NCBI GenBank assembly: GCA_023142995.1 | Contig: JAGLIM010000036.1 | Location: 1-56,853 of the forward strand | DNA: 56,853 nt | Reading direction: 5' to 3' | Origin: Minisyncoccota bacterium | GTDB taxonomy: Bacteria > Patescibacteriota > Minisyncoccia > JAHIHE01 > JAGLIN01 | Shown: one piece after another, positions 39,805 through 48,372 of the stretch | Layout: each line of letters begins with the position of its first letter | How positions within the stretch are numbered: the stretch's first letter is position 1 | The notes under the pieces: model-generated | Database searches by the model: none | What the model was told of the DNA's origin: nothing | Seen by the model: the letters and a program-made list of their open reading frames with translations, nothing else | Made by a program: the position numbers and the translations under genes

Positions 39805-40128
39805 AGAACCTCTGAAAAACACAGTTTTTGTCCTGAACAATATCATTCCTGAACTAAATTCAGGACAGGCTCTGAACTTGTTTCAGAATCTTCTATATAT
39901 TGGACTTTAACTTATACTATTTACATAATACTTTCATTTAAAATGTAAATACAATTATCTTTTTGTAATAATACAGCTATTATATTTTTAATCTATTCAA
40001 ATATTTTGTGATTTATAGGTTTAATTAGATGTAAGAGAAAATAGATTCTGAAATAAGCTTGTCCTCGTGAAAACGGAGATTCAGAATGACAATTTATTGT
40101 CAATGGATTATCTACTAAAGCTTCCTTC
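39805..40128. mobile_element. MITE-like composite repeat, copy B (inverted relative to A and C)
   Basis: Left end AGAACCTCTGAAAAACACAGTTTTTGTC, hairpin module CATTCCTGAACTAAATTCAGGACAGGCTCTGAACTTGTTTCAGAATC, and a ~165-bp core about 88% identical to the reverse complement of copy C. Then a GATTCTGAA...TTCAGAATGAC hairpin and right end ..AAAGCTTCC. Confidence 0.7.
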
Positions 40129-40156
40129 GTATTATTAAATTGTTCGTAAATTAATT

Positions 40157-41365
40157 TTAAGTTATATCTTTATCATCTAATTCATTTTTAATTTCCACTT
40201 CAATTCCCATTCTTTGCAAATTTTTTCTAGCCTCTATTCCAATTTCTGTGGTAATTACCTTGTCAGCCTTTATTAATTTGACAAATTTTGTTCCATATCC
40301 CTTGCCAGTTACAAAGTAAGGGTTTTTAATTATTTTCTGTTGAATTATTTTTCCTTGTTGATCACGATCAATCACCAAATATTCTAAAGCGCCAAAGTCA
40401 TAATAGAAATTGCCATTTTGATAGGAAATAATCGTTCGTAACCCCTTTTTATCAAAATCTATTTTCGGAAATGATTTCTGAGAATAAACAGATTGCCCTA
40501 CTTCTAACGTTTGCTTTTCTTTTTCAAGACTACGAGAAGCAACCTGAATAGTAATAAAATCTAAAGCACTTATATCTTGCAATAAAATATTTTCTAGATT
40601 TTCTATCACTTCTGAAACTTTTTTCATCTTCCATTCTTTATTTAGCCTGATTTTCAATTCGGCAGAATTTTTAGCACCCAACTTACGAGTTTTAAGTTCC
40701 ATAATCTTAATCTCTTCAGTAGAACAAATTTTCCTGATCTGTGTTTCAATCTCAGGATTAGCAACGTCTAAAAGATTATCAATAACTTCTTTGCCTAATT
40801 TCCATGTTTCATAAAAAATAAAAAGACCAACGAGAATAGCCGTTACACCATCTGCCATTGGAAAGTAGCGTGTAGCAAATAAACCAACTAAAACAGCAAC
40901 TGAAGAAAGGCTATCAGCACGAGAATGTTCTCCATCGGCAATAACAGCCAAAGAATTCTCTCGTTTTCCTATTTTAAATTTCATCCGCGCCATTACTTCA
41001 TTAACAATCACAGAGATACCAACGATCACTAGCGCAACAGTACCGATTTGAGACGATTCATTTTTTATTATGCTCAACGATCCTTCATAAATGATCCAAG
41101 CAGCAGATAAGAAAAGTAAAAAAACAACAATAAGACTAGCAATCGTTTCACTACGATAATGACCGTAAGGATGTTCTTTGTCTGCTGGTTTTTCTGCTGT
41201 CTTAACACCAAGATAAGTAACAACACTAGAGAGAATATCTGTTCCAGAATGAATTCCATCAGCGATCAATCCAGCACTTTTAATTGAAAAACCAACCGAT
41301 AGCTTTAAAAAGGCTAAAACGAGATTAACTAAAATACTAACAATTGAAATATTCTTCTTATTCAT
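40157..41365 (-). CDS. cation diffusion facilitator (CDF) transporter fused to a C-terminal NifX/NifB-like (PF02579-type) domain
   Basis: Six TM with metal-site motifs ADGIHSGTDILSS and ADGEHSRADSLSS, followed by a CDF cytoplasmic domain. An extra roughly 115 aa resembles dinitrogenase FeMo-cofactor-binding (NifX/NifB-C) family proteins: FGALEYLVIDRDQQGKII...GKGYGTKFVKLIKADKVITTEIGIEARKNLQRMGIEV. Confidence 0.8.
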   Translation of the reverse strand: MNKKNISIVSILVNLVLAFLKLSVGFSIKSAGLIADGIHSGTDILSSVVTYLGVKTAEKPADKEHPYGHYRSETIASLIVVFLLFLSAAWIIYEGSLSIIKNESSQIGTVALVIVGISVIVNEVMARMKFKIGKRENSLAVIADGEHSRADSLSSVAVLVGLFATRYFPMADGVTAILVGLFIFYETWKLGKEVIDNLLDVANPEIETQIRKICSTEEIKIMELKTRKLGAKNSAELKIRLNKEWKMKKVSEVIENLENILLQDISALDFITIQVASRSLEKEKQTLEVGQSVYSQKSFPKIDFDKKGLRTIISYQNGNFYYDFGALEYLVIDRDQQGKIIQQKIIKNPYFVTGKGYGTKFVKLIKADKVITTEIGIEARKNLQRMGIEVEIKNELDDKDIT

Positions 41366-41405
41366 ATTTTAAAATTATATTTTTTCAACACACATGCAAA
41401 ACGTA

Positions 41406-41569
41406 ACGTAAGATTGGAGTCCTTGCATTGAACTAAATTCAACATAAACTCCAGCAAGGGTGAAGTTTCGTAAGACTGGAGTCCTTGCGAGAGCAAGGGT
41501 GAAGTTTCGTAAGACTAATGAACTTCTAAAGTATTATGATATTTCTCCCTTACTTTCGTAAGGACTCCG
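41406..41569. repeat. cluster of short direct/inverted repeat modules upstream of the CDF gene
   Basis: GCAAGGGTGAAGTTTCGTAAGACT occurs twice (41454-41477 and 41493-41516). GGAGTCCTTGC occurs twice (41415-41425 and 41478-41488). Hairpins CCTTGC-GAGA-GCAAGG and CCTTAC-TTTC-GTAAGG are present. Confidence 0.8.
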
Positions 41570-41645
41570 TGATATCGAAATTCCTATACTTTGAATTAAG
41601 TTTTATAAATATAAAATATTTTACAAACTTTATGAACTTTGCTCT

Positions 41646-42509
41646 TTATCGTTTTAATTCTATCACGGTAACCTCTGGCGGACAATTAAATCTTATCGGC
41701 AGGCAAGGAGATAATCCAATTCCACGATTAACATATAAATTTATATTATTGACTTTGAATAACCCACTGGCATACTTGCCTTGATTTTTTGTTGGTACCC
41801 AAAATGGTCTTATAAATGGAATTACAATTTGCCCGCCATGCGTATGACCTGCAAGAATTAGATCTACTTTTTCTCCTTGAAGATTATCAATGATATCTGG
41901 CGAATGAGCTAGTAAGATCTTAGAGATATTTTCTTCTGTGCCAATCATTGCTTTTGGCAAATCATCTTTTTTTGAATCAGGATCATCAACGCCTAACAGA
42001 TAAATAAATTCATCTCCTTGAAATATTTTTTGGTTTTCATTATTTAAAATAGAGATTCCATTGTTTTCCAACATTTTACTTATAGCATCAATATCTGGAG
42101 ACCCAATCCAATGTTCATGATTTCCCAAAACACCAAAAACTTTTCCTTGATAACGACCACTTAATTCTGACCAAAATTTTTCACAGGATTTTATATCTTC
42201 ACTGCTATGATCAATAAAATCACCAGTGATAAAAATAAGATCAGGATCTATGTTTTCTAGAATTTTCAAAACTCTTTTTTCTCTTTTACCAAAATCATCA
42301 GAATGGAAATCAGTTAAATGAACTATTTTTATGTTATCAAATGATTCTGGCAAATTTTCTATCTTCACACTTATCCTTTCTATCTGAATATTATTCGGCT
42401 CAAAAATAAAACCGTACCAAATTAAGATAACAACAAAAAATAAAAATGATAACAAAAAAAATAGTTTTTTCGATTTTCCCTCTTTGATATATTTCATTTT
42501 ATTTGACAA
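41646..42509 (-). CDS. membrane-anchored metallophosphoesterase (calcineurin-like, YaeI-type)
   Basis: HLTDFHSD, GDFID, GNHE, GHTHGGQ motifs with an N-terminal TM. Confidence 0.85.
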   Translation of the reverse strand: MSNKMKYIKEGKSKKLFFLLSFLFFVVILIWYGFIFEPNNIQIERISVKIENLPESFDNIKIVHLTDFHSDDFGKREKRVLKILENIDPDLIFITGDFIDHSSEDIKSCEKFWSELSGRYQGKVFGVLGNHEHWIGSPDIDAISKMLENNGISILNNENQKIFQGDEFIYLLGVDDPDSKKDDLPKAMIGTEENISKILLAHSPDIIDNLQGEKVDLILAGHTHGGQIVIPFIRPFWVPTKNQGKYASGLFKVNNINLYVNRGIGLSPCLPIRFNCPPEVTVIELKR

Positions 42510-43125
42510 ATTTAAAAGTAGAAATCATTTGCTGACTAATAGAATATTCTTCCGGATTGCCCAATCCCCATGTATCAATATCAAGTATCAGTGAACCTTC
42601 TTTAAACATTTTCCCAGTTACATTTTTCTCGGAAAGTCTTCGAACGATTGTAAACGGATAATCTTGAGCAGGAACATTTTTGCTAAAAGATACGATTTTA
42701 TATTCAAATCCTAAATAGTCAGCACGGTTTGCTTCAAGATACTTCCAATCTAAGGGATATCTTAGTTCAAACTCATGTTCATTATTTTTATATATTTGCC
42801 AATCAGCAGAAAACGCTAGATCACAGCTAATTATTTCAAGTTCTCCTTCAAAAATTTCTTCTTTTTGATTATAACTAATTTTACTTTTTTCCATCACTCC
42901 TCCTCTTCCACATGTATCGTTTTTAGCTTTCCAAAAACCATCTTCGCTTAATTCAGATAGAAATACTTTTGAGATCCATTTTTTACTTTTTAAAACAACA
43001 TCATCATCAGTTTTCTCTTTCAGATTAAAATCATATTGAATGATTCTATCTTTATTTTCACTATAGCCTAAAATTGTCATCAAAGGAGAAATGCATGATG
43101 GAGAATCAAAAAACGCAAACTCCAA
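42499..43125 (-). CDS. hypothetical protein (possibly the 3' part of a disrupted gene)
   Basis: 208-aa ORF opening at TTG, with no signal or TM. Same reading frame as ORF 43396-43653. See the pseudogene entry. Confidence 0.4.
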   Translation of the reverse strand: MEFAFFDSPSCISPLMTILGYSENKDRIIQYDFNLKEKTDDDVVLKSKKWISKVFLSELSEDGFWKAKNDTCGRGGVMEKSKISYNQKEEIFEGELEIISCDLAFSADWQIYKNNEHEFELRYPLDWKYLEANRADYLGFEYKIVSFSKNVPAQDYPFTIVRRLSEKNVTGKMFKEGSLILDIDTWGLGNPEEYSISQQMISTFKFVK

Positions 43126-43160
43126 ATTTTTTGTATCTTTGTTATAATCCTTTAATTTAA

Positions 43161-43653
43161 TTATAACTGGCTTTCCTTCAGCTCTTTCTGAGTTTTTTCT
43201 CTTACAAAATATAAACCCATATCATCTCTTATTTGATAAGGAATATAAAATTCATCTTTATTTGTTAGTGAACTTATAATTTTAATTGTGTTTATAATTT
43301 TCATTTTTTCCAGATCAACAAGAGAAACTCTTGTCCGTCCTTGATAATAACTTCCTCTTGTTACCTCTGGACAAGTATAAAGGTCATCAGTTTTTTCATT
43401 TTTCTCTGGATCTATCATCCATAAGACTATGGCTCGTTTTTCTTTGGAATCGAGATTTCACAAATTGAGTTTCAATTACTTGAGTCTCTTGTGGAAATAG
43501 TTCTACAATACTTATTTTTTCTTTCTCTTGTTGTATATTTTTCGGCATCATCAAAAGATAACCGAACATACCCATCAGAGCTCCGATCTCCACAATTAAA
43601 CCTACCGAGAGAATTAATTTTGTCACTGATATAAATAAAGCTTCTTTTTCCAT
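43161..43653 (-). pseudogene. two overlapping 85-aa ORFs, likely the frameshifted 5' part of a membrane-anchored protein gene
   Basis: ORF 43396-43653 starts MEKEALFISVTKLILSVGLIVEIGALMGMFGYLL, paralogous to the N-terminus of the 44044-45261 product (MKEKTLSISIAKLIIALNLIVGIGVILGITGYSL). It overlaps ORF 43161-43418, in another frame, by 23 nt in an A/T homopolymer-rich stretch. Confidence 0.3.
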
Positions 43654-43683
43654 TATTTTTATTTTAATTTATAAATTCTTTCC

Positions 43684-43950
43684 TGTAAATGTTTACTAAT
43701 TCACTGACAGATATTCTGTCATAAACTTGATTCAGGATCTATTTTCTCTTACATCTAATTAAACCTATAGATCATAAAACATTTGAATAGATTGAAAATA
43801 CAATAGCTGTATTGCTACAAAAGGATAACCGTGTTTACGTTTTAAACGAAAGTATTATGTAGATAGTATAAGTTAGAACCTAATATATGAAAGATTCTGA
43901 ATCAAGTTCAGAATGACAAATTTTTATCAGTGAATTAGTAAACATCTACA
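43684..43950. mobile_element. MITE-like repeat, copy C, with 24-bp terminal inverted repeats
   Basis: TIRs TGTAAATGTTTACTAATTCACTGA (43684-43707) and TCAGTGAATTAGTAAACATCTACA (43927-43950). Internal hairpin modules at 43717-43739 and 43893-43917 flank the ~165-bp core. Confidence 0.75.
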
Positions 43951-44043
43951 ATCGGAAAAAAGAATCTAGAATTTAAGACAAAAAATAAATTATAAAAAGA
44001 TAGATTTATTAATTTGTCAAAACTTCCTGAATATTATTGATCA

Positions 44044-45261
44044 TTAATCATTGATCCCCACAACTCTTGATGAATATCTATTTGAAGCATTCCATAAGAT
44101 CCAACCAACTCCACCAGAAACATTACTTGCGTCAATTTGAGCCTTGATCATATTAGGACCATAGATAGCACCTATATCAAAAGCTTGAAGCCATGGACGA
44201 ATTTCTGCAAGTGACTTATTCTGATCTTCTATGTCTTCCTGATTTGCTATTCTATATGCCTCTAATCTATTATGAGCATACTCAATTGAATATTTCACAA
44301 CTTCGTGCGGATATTGAGCTGGATTTTGAAATCCAATAAAACCGTTCGCATAATGAGATGGATACACCATTGGACAAATATAGTCAAAATTCTCAAAAGT
44401 ATCTTCAATTGTTTGTCCGATACCAAGATCACCATCATTAATTGTTGCTAGTCCAAAAAGATCTACTGAGATCGAAATATCTGGCAAGCTAGAACGAAAA
44501 TGTTCAAACACTTCTCTCATAGCCTCTCTTTTGGATTGTTCTTTATCATTATAGAATGGAAAGCTCATTTGGCGAAGCGGACCATCTGAAGGAAATCTAA
44601 TATAATCAAAATTGATCTCATCGAAACCTCGCTCTGAAGCTTCTTTGGCAATTTTCACAATATAATCCCGATATTCCATTGAAGCTGGATCAATCCATTC
44701 TATACCTTGATAGTTTTCCCACAAACCGCCTGTAAGTTTATTCTTAATTGCCAGATCAGGTCTTTTTTTTGCAACAATTGGATCTTCAAATACAACGATT
44801 CTTGCTACTGCATAAATATTATTGTTATGTAATCTTTCAATCAATTCATCGATTTGTTTTATTTTAATATATTTAGCATCATATCTATCAACATCTGGAA
44901 CATTAATGTCATAAGCAATATTTCCAGATGCATCTTTTATATCAACAACAACAGCATTAAAATTTTCCTTCTTAATCAAATCTATATAACTATCCATTTT
45001 CTCAGAACTTCCTGCAGAAAATGCTGTGAGATATATCGCCCTAATCTCTTCTGGAGGATCTTTCAAAATTTTTAAATTTCTACTTTCAGATTCACTGACA
45101 GAAGGTACAGATATTTCTATTTGTTGCGTTGAATTCATAGAAGACTCGTTATTTACTTTTAGACTATAACCCGTAATTCCTAGAATTACTCCAATTCCCA
45201 CAATCAAATTGAGCGCTATGATTAATTTTGCTATTGATATTGATAAAGTTTTTTCCTTCAT
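44044..45261 (-). CDS. membrane-anchored putative glycoside hydrolase (DUF4015/GHL TIM-barrel-like)
   Basis: N-terminal TM, then IRAIYLTAFSAGS...FNAVVVDIKDASGNIAYD...YAVARIVVFEDP...FDEINFDYIRFP, resembling the PF13200 putative glycosyl hydrolase family. Confidence 0.6.
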   Translation of the reverse strand: MKEKTLSISIAKLIIALNLIVGIGVILGITGYSLKVNNESSMNSTQQIEISVPSVSESESRNLKILKDPPEEIRAIYLTAFSAGSSEKMDSYIDLIKKENFNAVVVDIKDASGNIAYDINVPDVDRYDAKYIKIKQIDELIERLHNNNIYAVARIVVFEDPIVAKKRPDLAIKNKLTGGLWENYQGIEWIDPASMEYRDYIVKIAKEASERGFDEINFDYIRFPSDGPLRQMSFPFYNDKEQSKREAMREVFEHFRSSLPDISISVDLFGLATINDGDLGIGQTIEDTFENFDYICPMVYPSHYANGFIGFQNPAQYPHEVVKYSIEYAHNRLEAYRIANQEDIEDQNKSLAEIRPWLQAFDIGAIYGPNMIKAQIDASNVSGGVGWILWNASNRYSSRVVGIND

Positions 45262-45278
45262 AATTCTTATTTTGATTT

Positions 45279-45582
45279 GTCATCCTGAACAATGTCATTC
45301 CTGAACTAAATTCAGGACAGGCTCTGAGCTTGTCGTGGGATTGTTTCAGGATCTTTGTTAATTTAGGTTTTAATTTAATAATATTGTTCGACTTTATGGA
45401 GAACTCCACGCATTTGATTTCTCCACAAGGTTGAAAAATATTAAAAGATTATTGTATTTTCAATTTATTCAAAGGTTTTATGATTTATAGATTTGATTAG
45501 ATGTAAGAGAATGAAGATTCTGAACCAAGTTCAGAATGACATTAATAATATCAATGTCAATAAATTAGTAAACATCTGTAGG
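45279..45582. mobile_element. MITE-like composite repeat, copy D (truncated core, carries a nested 63-bp palindrome)
   Basis: GTCATCCTGAACAATGTCATTCCTGAACTAAATTCAGGACAGGCTCTGAGCTTGTCGTGGGATTGTTTCAGGATC module; palindrome at 45380-45442; half core (TTTATGATTTATAGATTTGATTAGATGTAAGAGAATGAAGATTCTGAACC); hairpin; right end AATTAGTAAACATCTGTA matching the copy C TIR. Confidence 0.7.
45380..45442. repeat. 63-bp palindromic element, family AATATTGTTCGACTTTATGGAGAA...TTCTCCACAAG.T.GAAAAATATT, copy 1
   Basis: Direct reading. The arms are imperfect reverse complements. Confidence 0.8.
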
Positions 45583-45620
45583 ATAACAGACAAACATATA
45601 AAATTATATACTTTCATCCC

Positions 45621-46751
45621 CTATTTTCTCAACAAACTCACTGGCAATCCTGCTATCGCACTGATAATTATTCCATAGAGCAAAGCATCTTTTAAGGAAA
45701 GTGATTGAATTAAAAAAACAAATAGCAAGAATCCAAAAAGAGTGAAAAATGCTCCGCTTAGTTCTAAAAAGAAAACATATTCTGTACGCGGTTCTTCGTC
45801 CATATGCTCATAGATCTTGGCATGATAAGGAATCTTTCTAAACGACCAGGAAAAGTTTTTAGCAATATTGACTAAAAAGATGCTAGCAAAAGAATTCGCG
45901 AATATTCGCAAAGCGTTTATCAACATATCGAAAATATTACTCCAAAATAAAAACTTCTTTCGGTCAAATTTATCCGTCCATCTGCCAGCAAGCGCAAACG
46001 CAATTATAGAAATAAGCAAAGAAACTGTCTGAATAAAACCAATCTGATTATAATAAGGAACGATCAAAAAAATAAAAGCGGGCCAAATCAAAAAATTAAG
46101 AAAGTTTTGAAAATTATAAAAACCATTAGCGATCAGATCAGGAAAGATCTTTTTAATATTAATCAATCTAAAATTAATTTTTCTAATTTTTGATTTTTCA
46201 GGCGTTGATAGTAAAAGATAGATAGATGGAATTATCAACAGGATCACTAGTGCAAACCCATATTCAAATCCATAAACACTAATTATGATACCACCAAAAA
46301 TAGGTCCGAACGCTCTGGCAAGAGCTGTAAAAATATTAATTCTCCCAATGATCTTTCCTCTAATGCCATTAGGCGATATCTTAGAAAGATGAACTAAATA
46401 AGGTATCCATAAAAAAGCAAAAAATGCTCCAAAAATCAAAGCGCACGAATAGAAAATGACTGGAGAATGATCAATCCTTTGCAACAACGCATAAAAAATA
46501 GCTGACAGAATAAATGCAAAACTGATGATTTTCTTGGCTCCAAAACGGCTAGATAGATAGGCGCTTAACGGTAAAAAAATAATCCGTCCGAATTGAACCG
46601 CGATATAGAACAGAATAACAGAAGTTAGAGAAAAATCTTTATCTATCAATAAATATAAGGGAACGAAAATTTCAATAATTGAAGTAGCAAAACTAAATAC
46701 GCCAACACTGAGATAGAAGTTCTTTATTTCTTTCAACAGATCTGAATTCAT
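45621..46751 (-). CDS. MFS transporter
   Basis: 376 aa, about 11-12 TM segments, with G-rich helix motifs (GRIIFLPLSAYLSSRFGAKK resembles the MFS loop 2-3 motif). Confidence 0.7.
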   Translation of the reverse strand: MNSDLLKEIKNFYLSVGVFSFATSIIEIFVPLYLLIDKDFSLTSVILFYIAVQFGRIIFLPLSAYLSSRFGAKKIISFAFILSAIFYALLQRIDHSPVIFYSCALIFGAFFAFLWIPYLVHLSKISPNGIRGKIIGRINIFTALARAFGPIFGGIIISVYGFEYGFALVILLIIPSIYLLLSTPEKSKIRKINFRLINIKKIFPDLIANGFYNFQNFLNFLIWPAFIFLIVPYYNQIGFIQTVSLLISIIAFALAGRWTDKFDRKKFLFWSNIFDMLINALRIFANSFASIFLVNIAKNFSWSFRKIPYHAKIYEHMDEEPRTEYVFFLELSGAFFTLFGFLLFVFLIQSLSLKDALLYGIIISAIAGLPVSLLRK

Positions 46752-46923
46752 ATTTTAAAAAGAATTAATGCTTCTTTATTAGCTTAAATGAATTTGAGTT
46801 TGACATTAACTCAAAACTATTATAGATTTTAGATATTATACAAAATTATTTAAACAAGGAAGTATAATATAGATTATTTTAAATGATCTAATAAAAAAGT
46901 TCCCAAAAAGGAGGAGGATAAAT

Positions 46924-47262
46924 GTGGCAGAAATATTGATCATATGGATACTTGTGATGGCATTTGTCTATTACGCTATAATCGTAGCAACAGATACTAT
47001 TGCTATAACACGCAAAGAAGAAATAAGCTTCACAAAATTTGTGGCAAAAGCATTTATTATGACAATATTTGTAGGAGCAAGCCCCGCAATGATATATCAA
47101 GCTATCGTAGGAGATATTCACTTTTTTGATATTTTCTTAGAAAGTGGATTAAAAACAATTTTCTATCTCTTGATCATATCAGTACCATTGCATCTTGTTA
47201 TTTTTAGAAAAAGCATTTCCGAGAATATAAGAAAGGCAGCTACAAATATCAGTTATAACTGA
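46924..47262 (+). CDS. small hypothetical membrane protein
   Basis: GTG start preceded by strong RBS AAAGGAGGAGG; three predicted TM helices. Preferred over the antisense ORF 46888-47121, which has no RBS. Confidence 0.45.
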   Translation: MAEILIIWILVMAFVYYAIIVATDTIAITRKEEISFTKFVAKAFIMTIFVGASPAMIYQAIVGDIHFFDIFLESGLKTIFYLLIISVPLHLVIFRKSISENIRKAATNISYN

Positions 47263-47287
47263 GAGAGAAGGGCCTCTTTCAGTTTTT

Positions 47288-48094
47288 TTATTGCAATAAT
47301 CTTAATCTATCGCATATTAAAAACCCCGCATAAACTAAACAGGCAACAAAAATGATCATTGGACCAGAAGGCATATTTAGATAATACGACAGAAATATCC
47401 CTGTTGTAGTAAATAGACAGCCAAAGAAGATTGACCAAGGAATTATTTTCTTAAAACTTTTATTAAATGTCTGCGCACTAGCAGCAGGCAAAGTAAGAAG
47501 AGCGATCACTAAGATCACACCAACGATTCTGATAAGAATTACTATTGTCAAAGCAACTAAACATAACAAAAATAAATAGATCGGAAAAGTAGCAATATTT
47601 GTCACTTCAGCAAATTCTTCGTCAAAAATAATTGCTGAAAACCAACGATAAAAAATAAAAACGCTTGTTATAATAATGATATTTAAAGTAACAGCTAGAA
47701 ATAGATCAGTGAAACTTGTCATTAAAATATTACCAAATAAATAGCTGAACAGATCAGCACTATAGCCAGGTGTTAAATAGATGAATACAAGTCCAATCGC
47801 CATTCCCAAAGACCACATCGCGCCAATTGCAGCATCTTCATTCTTCTTAAATTTTTTACTCACAACGCCAATTCCTAAAGCTGACATAACACTAAAAATA
47901 GCCGCGCCAATTAGCGGATTAAATCCTAAAAAATAAGCCAATCCAATTCCCCCAAAAGAAGAATGAGCAATACTACCACTCAAAAACGAAATTCTTTTTG
48001 CCACCACAAAAGGACCGATAATTCCGCAAGCAATGCTAGCAAGAATTCCGATGAGAAGAGCGTTCTGGAAGAAATTGTATGTGAGAATTTCCAT
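47288..48094 (-). CDS. znuB: metal (Zn/Mn) ABC transporter permease, ABC-3 family
   Basis: Polytopic permease beginning MEILTYNFFQNALLIGILASIACGIIGPFVV, typical of the ZnuB/TroC N-terminus. The ORF is open to TTG 48133; ATG 48094 is preferred. Confidence 0.85.
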   Translation of the reverse strand: MEILTYNFFQNALLIGILASIACGIIGPFVVAKRISFLSGSIAHSSFGGIGLAYFLGFNPLIGAAIFSVMSALGIGVVSKKFKKNEDAAIGAMWSLGMAIGLVFIYLTPGYSADLFSYLFGNILMTSFTDLFLAVTLNIIIITSVFIFYRWFSAIIFDEEFAEVTNIATFPIYLFLLCLVALTIVILIRIVGVILVIALLTLPAASAQTFNKSFKKIIPWSIFFGCLFTTTGIFLSYYLNMPSGPMIIFVACLVYAGFLICDRLRLLQ

Positions 48095-48186
48095 AATTAA
48101 ATTTATTGACCTTGCTAAGAAACAAGAACACAAGAAACAATAACCAAAAAATAATCAATAATCAAATATTTATATGATATAATCTT

Positions 48187-48250
48187 AATATTGTTCGACT
48201 TTATGGAGAACTTTGCGCATCTAAATTTCTCCACAAGATCGAAAAATATT
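48187..48250. repeat. same palindromic element, copy 2, in the znuC-znuB intercistronic gap
   Basis: AATATTGTTCGACTTTATGGAGAACTTTGCGCATCTAAATTTCTCCACAAGATCGAAAAATATT. Confidence 0.8.
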
Positions 48251-48372
48251 TAGTAAATTTAAATATTTATTGTTTATTTAGAATCAAGTGTGAAAGTAAG
48301 GCTAGTCCATTCCCGAAATAGGCGCAGCGTTTTGGTCTGATAATTTGGTTATTGGTTATTGTATCTTTATTT

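Noticed and set aside
41366-41645. czcD (NiCo) or other metal riboswitch upstream of the CDF transporter
   Set aside because: The region is built from short direct and inverted repeat modules rather than a single four-way-junction-like fold, and I could not recognise the conserved riboswitch core by eye. It needs an Infernal scan before any such call.
45164-45409. 81-aa minus-strand ORF upstream of the glycoside-hydrolase-like gene
   Set aside because: It reads through the palindromic MITE modules (..LRACPEFSSGMTLFRMT..) and overlaps the real gene start. Peptides of this kind are the usual spurious translations of hairpin repeats.
37326-45582. Autonomous transposon, integrase or reverse transcriptase associated with the MITE-like copies
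   Set aside because: All ORFs between and around the copies have ordinary functions (recG, CDF, phosphoesterase, hydrolase-like, MFS). No DDE/HUH/serine/tyrosine recombinase or RT motif was seen in any frame.
46888-47129. ORFs 46888-47121 (-) and 46944-47129 (+) overlapping the small membrane protein gene
   Set aside because: Cys/Tyr-rich or Arg-rich odd compositions with no RBS. The 46924-47262 (+) frame has a strong GGAGGAGG RBS and three clean TM helices.
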